A stretch of 64,000 bases of DNA from a virus, in the IMG/VR virus record IMGVR_UViG_3300036399_001951, positions 1-64,000 of that record; one strand, written 5' to 3'. The translations under genes and the position numbers were made by a program. This document shows, one piece after another, positions 37,337-53,716 of the stretch (position 1 is its first letter; each line of letters begins with the position of its first letter). The notes beneath the pieces were generated by a model. That model saw only the letters and a list, made by a program, of their open reading frames with translations, had not been told where the DNA came from and ran no database searches.

Positions 37337-40300
37337 ATGCCAATTAGAATAAATTTAAAGGAGCTATTTGATAGCGATTCTCAATCAATAACAGTTGATA
37401 AATTAAATTTTAATTTCAACAAGTTGTTAGAATTAGGGATAGGTTTACCTGGAGACGAGGGAGTAACTGGTCCTCAAGGAGGAGTAGGACCCGCTGGACT
37501 TCAGGGTCCAATCGGAGACGATGGAAACTATTGGTTCGTAGGTGCAGGGGATCCTAATCCACAAACTTTTACAGATTTAGAAGATAATGATTTTTATCTA
37601 GATACTTCAAACAGTTCTATTTGGCAATACGATGCTTCAATTAATACATGGAATGTCGTAGTAGACTTTGCCGCCGTAATTAATAACTACTTAAATTCTT
37701 TAGGTGCAACCTTTATACGAGGCCTAGGAGCAGGTAGCCCTGATGATAATAGATACATACTATTTCCAAATAGAGGAAATACAATCCCAGATACTGTTAC
37801 TGATGGGTTAGGTGGAACCTCAAATAACGATATATTATTCCTAAGTAATTTTAATGAGAAGTTAGGGGTAATTAATATTGCTAATTTTCCTACTAATTCT
37901 GATAATTTATATAATGCAATACAAAAAATATATGTAGACTCTACATCTGGTATACCAGGTAGATATCATTTAGAATTAGGATCCCTATATCAAGATACAA
38001 ATGGAACCCTAGATAATTTAATATCGAGTCTTAAAACTAATCTTAAGTTTAGGCATGTAGTTGACGATCTGGGCGGTAGTTCTAATTTCCCGGCAACTAA
38101 TAATTACTTATACTTAGGAAAAATAAGTCTAAGTAAGCCAGAACTTGCTCTAATCGGGGAGATTGATTACAATGCTGCTCTTGAGATAATTACTCCTAAA
38201 TATAATAATGAAGGTGCTCCTGTTGTTAGAGGAGAAGTGGTTACCCGAATAGGATCAAGGGAAGCACTTGGAGAATATTTTACAGGTTTAAACATAGACG
38301 GACTAACAATTGATCTTTCAGGTTTAACTGGAAAGATTGCAATGGGTATAGCTAGTAATTTTAGTAGCATAAGACCCGAAGTAGACGGACTGGATTATTT
38401 AATGCTAGAAAAGGATTCTAGTATCGAAGCTATTTATTTAAATGGAAAAACCCTGCAAAATGAAGGAAACATAGAACAGATATCAACTGGCGAAGTTTCA
38501 ATAGCCGAGTCTGTTACAAATTCATTTACCGAGGAACAGTGGCAATATAATCAAGGAATAGCAATTGCCGGCAATAAATTAATTACCGTAGGTGGGGACC
38601 ATTCTCCAATTGATATATCCCAGAATGGAAGAATAAATCTATATAATATAGTTAATCCTAAAAAACCAATATTAGAATATACTAGGAATACTTCAAGTTC
38701 GACTACAACGCTTGTTCCAGGTCCACCACCTTCATTCGTAACTTCTAGATATATATTCGGAGCAGGAATATCTGATGTTAAGATAGCAGGTGAATATGCA
38801 TATTTCGTAAATAATCAGGACGGGACAACTGCTGGCGTATCATCTCTTTCAAGCACATGTGCCAGGTTTCAAATTGGTAAAATATACAATGATTCTACCA
38901 CAACTGAATCTATCAGAAGAATTTCAATTATAAATGAAACCGAGGCTAGATTAGAAGGGGCATATCGACTAGAAGTAAGAGGATCATATGCATGGGTTAT
39001 CTGTAATCCGGATTATCCAACTAATACGTTAAATTTTGCACGCTTAACCTCAGTTGACATAGCCAATCCTACGGTTCCAGTTGTAGCAGATTCATATATT
39101 GATACTGGTGGGACTAGATACATATCAATGGATGTATCTGATGGTCAAGTAGCAGTTTTAAAAACTAAAGTTACTAATCCTGGACTAACCACTCGTAATT
39201 TACAGGTAGATCTTCTTCTTTTTGATGCATCTGATCCCAATTCAATAACTTCTCCTACTGCATCAACGGATGTAACTAATAGAGTATTTTCACTTACTGG
39301 CCCTACAATTACTGTATCGCAATTACCTGCAAACGTTGGGGGAATAAGGGTATTAGGAAGTTATGCATATGTAGTATGGAACAAGCAATTATTAATTTAT
39401 GATATACAATTAGGAACGGGTATTACCCCAATTAAATTATCTGATACATCTTTAGGTATTTCGTCAGCTACATTTACATCTATTGCTATTGATGTAGAGA
39501 TTTTAGGAAATACGGCATATGTTTTAGCATTTAACCCAGGTGCTGATCCTAATAATCCTGGAACGATTATAAAAGTTGATATCTCAGATCCAAGTAATCC
39601 TTACGTTATTTCTGAAACTAGATTAATAGGACTAGCTAGACCCGGTAGGCTTAAATATTCTGGAAAATACTTATACGTAGTTTCAGCAAGTATGACCACC
39701 CCAGCTGTCGCATCCGGAGGTCTTTTTGTAATCGATATTGATGGAATCCGAAGTCCTGGGGCGCATATTGATAGTATAAGAGCAGGTGAATTGCACGTAG
39801 ACAAGCATGCTGTTATCCAAGAAAACTTATCTGTTAATCACTCTCTCAATGTTGGACCAGGTGGTATTTATGTAGATGCAGGGTTAGGAATAGCCGCCGA
39901 TGGTCCGATAGGATCAATACATAATGTAAGTGGAGGAATTCCGTCTGGCGGATTTAGTAATCTAATGTTTAATGTCACACAACCGACCGCAACAAGTGCC
40001 AACTTTAATTTTAATATTAATGCTATTAAGGACATTAACGTTTCAGATCAATTAATATTAAATGAAACCTTAATCCTTAGCAATACGGCAGCATCTGAAA
40101 TGAGAGGAGGCTTTGTTGGCAATAGAATATCTAGACTTGGAGGGGTCTATAATTATGGAACTGCATCCTCTCCAATACCAGAATCATTTGTTGGTAGCTT
40201 GATCGCGTTAGGATCTAGCTCAACTGATAATTTTTATGGAGATATCAGAGGCACTAATATTATACTAGGCTCGGGTGTAAATGCATACGACACTTTTTTC

Positions 40301-40897
40301 GGACACAACGTTCAAATTAACGCAGGTGCAGATTTTTTCGCAAATGATATCTATGGATATAAATTTTCTGCAAATCCAACTACTGCGGGAACGGTTTATG
40401 GAATAGTAATTGATGGTGCAGATAAGAATAGAATATCTGGAGAGCTTGATTTAAATGGAACTAGTCCAACTACACCCGACTTTAGATTTTCCAATGGAAA
40501 TCTATTCAATTTTACAAATAGTTTATATAATCCAAGTGGCGTAGTTTATGCAAATTCTGGAGAGCTTTCTTTAAAATCAGGAACTTTTGTATTTAATGGC
40601 ACTTCTCCTGATCCGGATTTTAGCGGAATATGGACAAAGATTGGAAATGTAGTTCAAGTGCAAGCAACATTGGTGGTAAAGCCAAGTGGAGGATATCGCA
40701 TGTATCTACCTGTACAGCCAGGTGGAGGAGCAAGTATCGTTACCTTTCGAGGAATGTCAATTCAAGCATTCGGCACTGGCGTAGGTACCGGTAGAAGAAT
40801 CAATTTCGCTTCACCCGATGCAGGTGAACTCGACATTGCCTTGGGTATCCCAAATTCTGGAAATTATCAGATTTCGATATCTTATGTTATTGGATAA
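37337..40897 (+). CDS. Tail fibre/receptor-binding protein with a short collagen segment and LVIVD beta-propeller repeats
   Basis: DKLNFNF N-terminus, Gly-X-Y stretch, repeated D(I/V)S(D/N)P.NP and GxYAYV motifs. Confidence 0.65.
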   Translation: MPIRINLKELFDSDSQSITVDKLNFNFNKLLELGIGLPGDEGVTGPQGGVGPAGLQGPIGDDGNYWFVGAGDPNPQTFTDLEDNDFYLDTSNSSIWQYDASINTWNVVVDFAAVINNYLNSLGATFIRGLGAGSPDDNRYILFPNRGNTIPDTVTDGLGGTSNNDILFLSNFNEKLGVINIANFPTNSDNLYNAIQKIYVDSTSGIPGRYHLELGSLYQDTNGTLDNLISSLKTNLKFRHVVDDLGGSSNFPATNNYLYLGKISLSKPELALIGEIDYNAALEIITPKYNNEGAPVVRGEVVTRIGSREALGEYFTGLNIDGLTIDLSGLTGKIAMGIASNFSSIRPEVDGLDYLMLEKDSSIEAIYLNGKTLQNEGNIEQISTGEVSIAESVTNSFTEEQWQYNQGIAIAGNKLITVGGDHSPIDISQNGRINLYNIVNPKKPILEYTRNTSSSTTTLVPGPPPSFVTSRYIFGAGISDVKIAGEYAYFVNNQDGTTAGVSSLSSTCARFQIGKIYNDSTTTESIRRISIINETEARLEGAYRLEVRGSYAWVICNPDYPTNTLNFARLTSVDIANPTVPVVADSYIDTGGTRYISMDVSDGQVAVLKTKVTNPGLTTRNLQVDLLLFDASDPNSITSPTASTDVTNRVFSLTGPTITVSQLPANVGGIRVLGSYAYVVWNKQLLIYDIQLGTGITPIKLSDTSLGISSATFTSIAIDVEILGNTAYVLAFNPGADPNNPGTIIKVDISDPSNPYVISETRLIGLARPGRLKYSGKYLYVVSASMTTPAVASGGLFVIDIDGIRSPGAHIDSIRAGELHVDKHAVIQENLSVNHSLNVGPGGIYVDAGLGIAADGPIGSIHNVSGGIPSGGFSNLMFNVTQPTATSANFNFNINAIKDINVSDQLILNETLILSNTAASEMRGGFVGNRISRLGGVYNYGTASSPIPESFVGSLIALGSSSTDNFYGDIRGTNIILGSGVNAYDTFFGHNVQINAGADFFANDIYGYKFSANPTTAGTVYGIVIDGADKNRISGELDLNGTSPTTPDFRFSNGNLFNFTNSLYNPSGVVYANSGELSLKSGTFVFNGTSPDPDFSGIWTKIGNVVQVQATLVVKPSGGYRMYLPVQPGGGASIVTFRGMSIQAFGTGVGTGRRINFASPDAGELDIALGIPNSGNYQISISYVIG

Positions 40898-40924
40898 ATT
40901 TTAATTAAAAATAAAAATCAAACA

Positions 40925-41227
40925 ATGGGACTAATTATAAAAACAGAAATTAACACAGACGGAGGATCTATCTCTAATTCTTACATGAATATTTCAAAAT
41001 TTGAAGTAGATTCTGAATCAGAAGCCAGAGTATATTTGAACTTATATGAAAATAAGGCCCTCAGAGAAGAGGATCCTATTAAAAATTTGATCTTTAGTAA
41101 ATCAGTTGTACGCCGATTTGGTTTGAGCAAAGAAGAACTGGATAAAACAGATGTATACAACAGTATGTATACTAGACTTAAATCTATATTAGAAGAATCT
41201 AATTTAGAAGTGGAGGACGATCTTTAG
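40925..41227 (+). CDS. Small tail-fibre-associated protein
   Basis: 100 aa, directly after the fibre gene. Confidence 0.5.
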   Translation: MGLIIKTEINTDGGSISNSYMNISKFEVDSESEARVYLNLYENKALREEDPIKNLIFSKSVVRRFGLSKEELDKTDVYNSMYTRLKSILEESNLEVEDDL

Positions 41228-42030
41228 TCCCAAGATTTAATTGTAAAGGGCAAGACTCTTTCCTGAAGAAGGATCTCGTATAATTCGTCCAAAATATTAG
41301 GATTGAATTGATAATCGAGGCCGATTCGTTTAGTGAAAGAAACAGATTCAGCCATAGATCTAACTGCGAGGCCTTGATCCACATTTCGATTTATTATTAT
41401 GAAGATTACATTCAAGTCTCCGTTAATAGATTTTAATTTAGGATTTTTAAGCTCAATGATCTTATTCTTTAAATCGTCCAGTACTTCAATGTCAACTTCT
41501 AAATCGACTATCTTTTCTATTTTTTGGCCCAGCTTAAATCTTCTATCAAATCTGATCTTCCAAACAGAATAATTAGACTTCTTTCTTTGATTAACTATAA
41601 AGAATATTTCTTTCTCTTTATAGATATCTGGATTTATGAAATAGGCTCTAGATTTATCAACTGCATCCAGCATTCTGTCCAAGTGATCTATTAGAAGACT
41701 GGTGAAAAGATAATTGGCATTCCTAAATATTTCTAATAAATTATCTGGCACTTCATATACCTTCCTCAAGTGTTCTCTAATTTGAACAATTTTAGGATCC
41801 TTCCAATTTGGCTTAAAATCTGAATCTATCATGCTGCCTTCAATAACTAAATTGTTTAGATTTAAAGTATGAAACATGATTTCATCAAATTTAGAAATAT
41901 CTCCTTGATCTAGGTGTTCTCTAAATCTTTTATTTGCTGCCAATAGAACGTAGCTGTAATATTCAGCATCTAGGTGAGATCCACCCTTAGTGATCCATAA
42001 GGGATCTAGTATGTATTTAGATTTGCTCAT
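41224..42030 (-). CDS. Hypothetical protein
   Basis: 268-aa ORF opposite the structural block. Confidence 0.75.
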   Translation of the reverse strand: MSKSKYILDPLWITKGGSHLDAEYYSYVLLAANKRFREHLDQGDISKFDEIMFHTLNLNNLVIEGSMIDSDFKPNWKDPKIVQIREHLRKVYEVPDNLLEIFRNANYLFTSLLIDHLDRMLDAVDKSRAYFINPDIYKEKEIFFIVNQRKKSNYSVWKIRFDRRFKLGQKIEKIVDLEVDIEVLDDLKNKIIELKNPKLKSINGDLNVIFIIINRNVDQGLAVRSMAESVSFTKRIGLDYQFNPNILDELYEILLQERVLPFTIKSWD

Positions 42031-42119
42031 CTATATTATTATATATTTTACCGAAAAACTTGAATCAGTTTACTTAAATGTTGAGAATAAATAATAAAAA
42101 TTAAAGATTCCTATTTGCG

Positions 42120-44279
42120 ATGTCTAAAACTACAATAAAATTATTGATTGACCCTGAGAAAAATTCCTTAACCTTTAGTAAGAATTTTAGAATTTTTAAA
42201 ACCTCAGAATCTATTTGTGATATTTCTTCTCTTACTGATTATGTAGAAGATATCATAATCAGCTCACCTAGTGCAGTCGACTTAAATTACCTAAGAAGAT
42301 ATTTAAGATACTCTAGAAATTCACTAGACTGGTCCCTATGGTATGAGGTGGAGCCTGGTGATATTGGAGAGGCTGCGAATATCATATTTGAAGACGGATC
42401 TGACTTTTATTTTGAGATTAAGTATGAATATGATGACGGAACAACCGATGAATTAGGTTCAATCATCGAAATCAATGAAATAAAATTAAGATTCCTAAAT
42501 TCAGTTACTGCAAGCACACAAAATACATTTGCTCCGGTTGTGATATGTTCAGATGAAAGATGTAGCACTATTATAAATAATGCTGATCCAAAATTTAGAC
42601 CCTATCAAGTAGATAGTGCAGTTAATATGTTTAAAGAACTCTCTTTCTATACCAACAAGGTATATGGACATGAAGTGGTTTATTTTAGAACGTTACCTGA
42701 ATCCGATAGCGGAGACTATATTTTTAAAGAGTGGACCCTCTATAAAAATGTGGATCGTAAATGCATTAAAGTTATGGTACCTGGAAATAAGTTTCCTTCC
42801 ATGGATCCTAAATTTTCTGAATTTGAATTAGAATTTCAATTACCTTTTGAGATCCACATAGATCATAGATATTTTCAATCTATTTTTGGAAAAGCATCTC
42901 AGCCTAGACATCGAGACTTTTTATATTTTCCTCTCCTGAATAGAATGTATGAAGTACAAGGATCCTATATAAACAGATCCTCTATTATGATGACTCCTGT
43001 GTTTTGGAAAATAAGCCTTAAGAAGTACAATCCAAATATTGATATGCTGCTTACTGATGATACTAGACATTTCTTGGATAATGTTATACAGTCAGCTGAG
43101 GAATTATTTAGAGAAGAAGTCGAGGCAGATATCAAAGATGGAACTATGCCACAACAGTATCAAGTCATCAGCCGAAGATTTGATTCGTCTAGAAACTCAA
43201 TTCATCCTGAATTAAGATTGAGGCCTTTAAAATATACATTCAATCATAATAGTTTAATTGAAAATTACTACGACCTCTCCTCTATTAGTCCAACTGATGC
43301 CACGTATAGGCTCACTACAGGCTCACCGACGGTTGCATCTGATGTCAACCTAGTAAGTCTCCCTAGCTTAAATCCAGGGGACCCTGGTAGTTATAACACG
43401 GTACTTGCTTATCAGAGCTCTGATCCATTTATTAGTTGGAGAAATAATTTCCTTATCACAACTGATAAGAATGTAAGTGGAAATAACTTTAAATTTATTC
43501 GGGTACGGGGTCCGATTGATACAATACCTAATCATGTAGGCCAATCCGAATCTGGCAGATATATTAGAATTGAAGCCTACTCGGATCTTTCATTTAAGAA
43601 GCAGCGTCCTATTATGACTACATTTGATGAAAATGGAAACCCAGTAGTTAAATTTAAAGTAAGAGAGCCTTCTGTAATTTATAACGCGGAGCCGCAGTTT
43701 AATCTGACTGACTTGAGTAATATTTCTTTTACCGCTCTGTTTAATGTTAATTCAAGCGCAGACATATTGCAATTTATAAATGGATGGGACAACGAAACAG
43801 GAGCTGGAATCAGAATATCTGGACAGTTTATAAGATACATTGGAACTGAACCAGAAGGGGATCTGAATATATTAGTAGAAATAAACGGATTCCAAAAGCA
43901 ATTCTCGGTCAATAATTTTGTATCTGGAGAATGGCATGCACTTGTGATCTCAGTATCTAATGAATTTAAGCAAATTGGAGGATTTATATATTCAATCAAG
44001 GAGGATCCAGCAGATATTATGAATCATACTGATTTTGTTCAAGTATTAAATTCACAGGGAGACTTTCAACCACAAGAATTTAATTTAATAGACCAAAAAT
44101 ACTATATACCTTCTTCTAACATGTTAATAAGTAATATCAGATTATTCAATACTATGTTAAAGGAGGATGAGCATGATTTTATATTGAGTCAACAATACAT
44201 AAAAGATGAATCAAAATTATTAATTATTGATAATTGTAAACCTCAATTAAATCTTCCTTATATCAGTAAAAATAGATAA
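42120..44279 (+). CDS. Neck protein (T4 gp14-like core) with extra N- and C-terminal domains
   Basis: YGHEVVYF, F.IHID...F, P...DFLYFPLLNRMYEV. C-terminal LamG-like WHALVIS...ISNIRLFN. Confidence 0.6.
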   Translation: MSKTTIKLLIDPEKNSLTFSKNFRIFKTSESICDISSLTDYVEDIIISSPSAVDLNYLRRYLRYSRNSLDWSLWYEVEPGDIGEAANIIFEDGSDFYFEIKYEYDDGTTDELGSIIEINEIKLRFLNSVTASTQNTFAPVVICSDERCSTIINNADPKFRPYQVDSAVNMFKELSFYTNKVYGHEVVYFRTLPESDSGDYIFKEWTLYKNVDRKCIKVMVPGNKFPSMDPKFSEFELEFQLPFEIHIDHRYFQSIFGKASQPRHRDFLYFPLLNRMYEVQGSYINRSSIMMTPVFWKISLKKYNPNIDMLLTDDTRHFLDNVIQSAEELFREEVEADIKDGTMPQQYQVISRRFDSSRNSIHPELRLRPLKYTFNHNSLIENYYDLSSISPTDATYRLTTGSPTVASDVNLVSLPSLNPGDPGSYNTVLAYQSSDPFISWRNNFLITTDKNVSGNNFKFIRVRGPIDTIPNHVGQSESGRYIRIEAYSDLSFKKQRPIMTTFDENGNPVVKFKVREPSVIYNAEPQFNLTDLSNISFTALFNVNSSADILQFINGWDNETGAGIRISGQFIRYIGTEPEGDLNILVEINGFQKQFSVNNFVSGEWHALVISVSNEFKQIGGFIYSIKEDPADIMNHTDFVQVLNSQGDFQPQEFNLIDQKYYIPSSNMLISNIRLFNTMLKEDEHDFILSQQYIKDESKLLIIDNCKPQLNLPYISKNR

Positions 44280-44284
44280 TATAT

Positions 44285-45070
44285 ATGAAATCATCAAATC
44301 ACGAAAACATTCAGAATCAAAACACGCAGGATATCTTCTTAAGAAATGCCACTCTTTCCCTATTAGATCTACTTAATCGAGAAATAATAATTGATATGGT
44401 AAGAGAAGGCAAGATAGAGAAGCATGAAATACCTTTCTTCTATAATTTTGCAGGTAGTCAGGGATTTATGAGAGACTTTTTCACGGAGGTACCCGACGAT
44501 TGTAAGTATCCTGATTTTGCAGAAGGAAACTACGACATAGTTCCTCGAGGAATAGTTACTCTAAATAGTTTTCAGATAAAATCAACTGATATTACTAATA
44601 AATTTGTTAGGGGTACTTTTACTCAAGAAGATAGAAATGAGAATGATCAAAAGGTAATGAAAGCCTATTCTTCTAGGCTCTTTAGTTTACCAATGTCTTT
44701 AAAATTTGACATTAAAATTAAGGCGGATAATTTAAATAAAACCTTTAAAATTATAGAAAAAATATTTGATTATTACTATAAAAATAGAGTGCTCTATTTT
44801 CAATACCGAGGAATTAGAATTCCAGCCCAAATTACATTCCCAGAAACTATATCCAATGATAAGAAGTATAGCTTTACTTATGCAGATGATACCTATGTTA
44901 CTATGACTTTTTCAATTGACATGGAAACCTATTATCCTAGCTTTGAGGATTCTTCTACTAGACCTAAAGGAAATGTAATTAGACAATTCGGTTCATATCA
45001 GAAACTAAATGGAACTGGCACTATAATTAATGGTGATTGGATTGATTCTGATTTCCCACCTAGTGAATAA
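44285..45070 (+). CDS. Tail terminator / sheath stabilizer (T4 gp15-like)
   Basis: VPRGIV, P...F...I......FKIIEKI..YY, and the TFSIDMETYYP pattern; follows the gp14-like gene. Confidence 0.7.
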   Translation: MKSSNHENIQNQNTQDIFLRNATLSLLDLLNREIIIDMVREGKIEKHEIPFFYNFAGSQGFMRDFFTEVPDDCKYPDFAEGNYDIVPRGIVTLNSFQIKSTDITNKFVRGTFTQEDRNENDQKVMKAYSSRLFSLPMSLKFDIKIKADNLNKTFKIIEKIFDYYYKNRVLYFQYRGIRIPAQITFPETISNDKKYSFTYADDTYVTMTFSIDMETYYPSFEDSSTRPKGNVIRQFGSYQKLNGTGTIINGDWIDSDFPPSE

Positions 45071-45113
45071 TCTGAAAAAATTTTAATAAATAAATAAAAA
45101 TAAGAGACGCTAA

Positions 45114-47555
<2,442 letters not shown>

Positions 47556-47562
47556 TGCAAAT

Positions 47563-47889
47563 ATGTGGAATTTTTTTAAGATAGAATTATACGTTAACGA
47601 AGAAGTGGTAAATGCAAATCTATTAACCCCTGATTTCTTTGAGCGACCTGACGATTTAGCAAATAAAGATGAATTGGAAGGAATATACCATTATTTATGT
47701 AGTGAGATGTTACGCAAAGGTTCAGCAACTTTAAATAGTGAAAATTGGAACACTCTAAAGGTATCTCTTATTAGAGAAGGTTCCACAATCTCAGAATTAA
47801 GTATTGATAGATTAGATTTCGATTCACAAGTCAGTTCTTCTTCCATAGGAGAAGCAATATTCAATTTATATACAAATATTACAGTATAA
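47563..47889 (+). CDS. Hypothetical protein (possible fibre accessory)
   Basis: 108 aa, between the fibre genes. Confidence 0.6.
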   Translation: MWNFFKIELYVNEEVVNANLLTPDFFERPDDLANKDELEGIYHYLCSEMLRKGSATLNSENWNTLKVSLIREGSTISELSIDRLDFDSQVSSSSIGEAIFNLYTNITV

Positions 47890-47943
47890 TCGCATTTGTT
47901 TTATATCTAATCGATTTTAATAAATAATAAAAAACTTTTTTAA

Positions 47944-48621
47944 ATGCCTCTTAATTTTCCAATACCATCATCAATAGGAGAAATTTATATTGGCCCGAGC
48001 GGCAATAAGTGGCAATGGGACGGTAGTATATGGAAAATCATATCATCTACTATTGACGGGCCAACTGGACCAACTGGACCTATCGGTAATACTGGGCCAA
48101 CTGGGCCAACTGAAAAAAAGATAGATTCATTCTATGCATATGACATGGGTACCACTGTAACAGGATTTGTCTGGAACGGTGATACTATGACTGCAGGTTC
48201 AACCATCCAATGGATAAATCAAAGATGGAGAGCTCAAGAATTTAGTGGAACTGCGCCTGCAATACAAGGATGCATGGCTGGAACTACCGTACCTTCATAT
48301 TTTCCGCCTGGATCAAGTATTAAAATTATTATTGTATCATCAGCTGCAGCGGCAAACATTACAGGTGATATAAAACATTTTATAGGTTTAGCGAAACCAA
48401 CTGCTGGTGGTGCATTAGGAACAGACACAGAAACTGAGTGGCAATCTTATGTTTATACTGCAAATGGTAATACATTAACGTCAACTTCTCTTACTTTCTT
48501 AGGAACCGACGTTGATCCTGGAGATCCAGTCGCCGTCCTAATGTATAGGAATTCAAATGATACTCAAGATACATCTACTGGATTATCTTTAATAGTATCG
48601 ATAAGTATAGAAATGGTATAA
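47944..48621 (+). CDS. Short collagen-containing virion appendage protein
   Basis: N-terminal NFP..S.G..Y..P.G..WQWDGS.WK module, short GPT tract, beta-rich head. Confidence 0.65.
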   Translation: MPLNFPIPSSIGEIYIGPSGNKWQWDGSIWKIISSTIDGPTGPTGPIGNTGPTGPTEKKIDSFYAYDMGTTVTGFVWNGDTMTAGSTIQWINQRWRAQEFSGTAPAIQGCMAGTTVPSYFPPGSSIKIIIVSSAAAANITGDIKHFIGLAKPTAGGALGTDTETEWQSYVYTANGNTLTSTSLTFLGTDVDPGDPVAVLMYRNSNDTQDTSTGLSLIVSISIEMV

Positions 48622-48635
48622 AATAAAGAATAAAA

Positions 48636-52408
<3,773 letters not shown>

Positions 52409-52409
<1 letters not shown>

Positions 52410-52996
52410 TGGCAGTAACGACAGTAACAACAGCAATGGCAGGAGCAATCAACTACACTAGGGTAGTCGATTCTTCATCGGACTGGGCATCAGTTCCGAA
52501 TAGTACTTATTTTTATGATAAATCAAATAAACTAGTCTATTTTAAAACCTCAGCTGCTCAGGTTTTACCTATATTTTCTGAATATAATTATGATTATGTT
52601 AGTGTTCCTATCAGTTCGGCTCAAATATTAAGCATGGGAACTTCTCCCATTTCTTTATTAGCCGCACCTGGGGTCGGGTTCTATTATGATATTCCTAAAG
52701 TAATTCTGGAATATACTCACATTTCAACCGCATATACATACCCAGGAGGAGCAAAAAGATTAGGGATCGGATATGCTCAGAGTGCAGTAATAAATGCTGA
52801 TTTATTGTCCGATACAAATAATAGAGTTTGCATTATTGAACCTACTAAACATCAAATTGAAGGTAGTAATACCATTCATAATACTATAGAATTAAATCGA
52901 GCACTTTCATTCAGTACTGATAATTTTTCAGACCCTGCCACTGGGAATGGAACTATACTTGCTAAGATATGGTATAAAATCAGGAGTTTCGGTTAA
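52409..52996 (+). CDS. Putative fibre-associated structural protein
   Basis: TAATG coupling to the collagen gene; beta-rich. Confidence 0.55.
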
Positions 52997-53711
52997 ACTC
53001 AGCTAGGAAGATCTCAGAATTATTTCCAACTGGCACGATTGAATATCCAATATTATTCAAGAATTGAAATAACTCAGATCTCAATTTAGACGCAGGTATC
53101 ATGTGCTCTCTAGTTTCTCTCCATTCGTCCCAGCTTTCAAATAAAATAGGAGGCCAATTATTTTTTTCTAGAGTCTTTAATGCTCCTTTAAGAACATGTA
53201 TTTCGTGACCCTCTACGTCAATCTTAATTAGGCCAATATTCTCTATATTTAGATCATCTAATCTCTTTAGAGGCAACTTGAGTGTACCTAATGATGACTC
53301 TTCTCTCTTTTCTCCTAGAAAAGTAAATCCATTTCCTCCGCCGTCTTTAGATCTAACATAATAAGTGGCTTCACCTTCATCAGATGATAATCCGAAACTG
53401 TAGGCTGTTATCTTATGATTTAAATCTTTTAAAAAAATATTTGCACACATACAGTTATAAACCTCCGGGTTACACTCAAAGGAATAAGTATGTTTTGCAT
53501 GAGGAGCAATCGTCCAGCTATAAGTACCAATATGAGCACCGATGTCTACAAAGTTAACTTCTGAATTTATAAAATTATCAATACACCATTGAATATGTCC
53601 CCATTCAGGTATGCCTGAACTGAACATCCAGGCTCCAACATTAGGGTCATTTATAAAAAAGGATTCAGGATCTAATTTAATGAATTGTTTTTTAGGATTT
53701 AGTATATACAT
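52980..53711 (-). CDS. FkbM family SAM-dependent methyltransferase
   Basis: FVDIGAHIG, SFE, and IKIDVEGHE..VLKGA..P.ILFE. Confidence 0.92.
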   Translation of the reverse strand: MYILNPKKQFIKLDPESFFINDPNVGAWMFSSGIPEWGHIQWCIDNFINSEVNFVDIGAHIGTYSWTIAPHAKHTYSFECNPEVYNCMCANIFLKDLNHKITAYSFGLSSDEGEATYYVRSKDGGGNGFTFLGEKREESSLGTLKLPLKRLDDLNIENIGLIKIDVEGHEIHVLKGALKTLEKNNWPPILFESWDEWRETREHMIPASKLRSELFQFLNNIGYSIVPVGNNSEIFLAEFNRNS

Positions 53712-53716
53712 GATTT

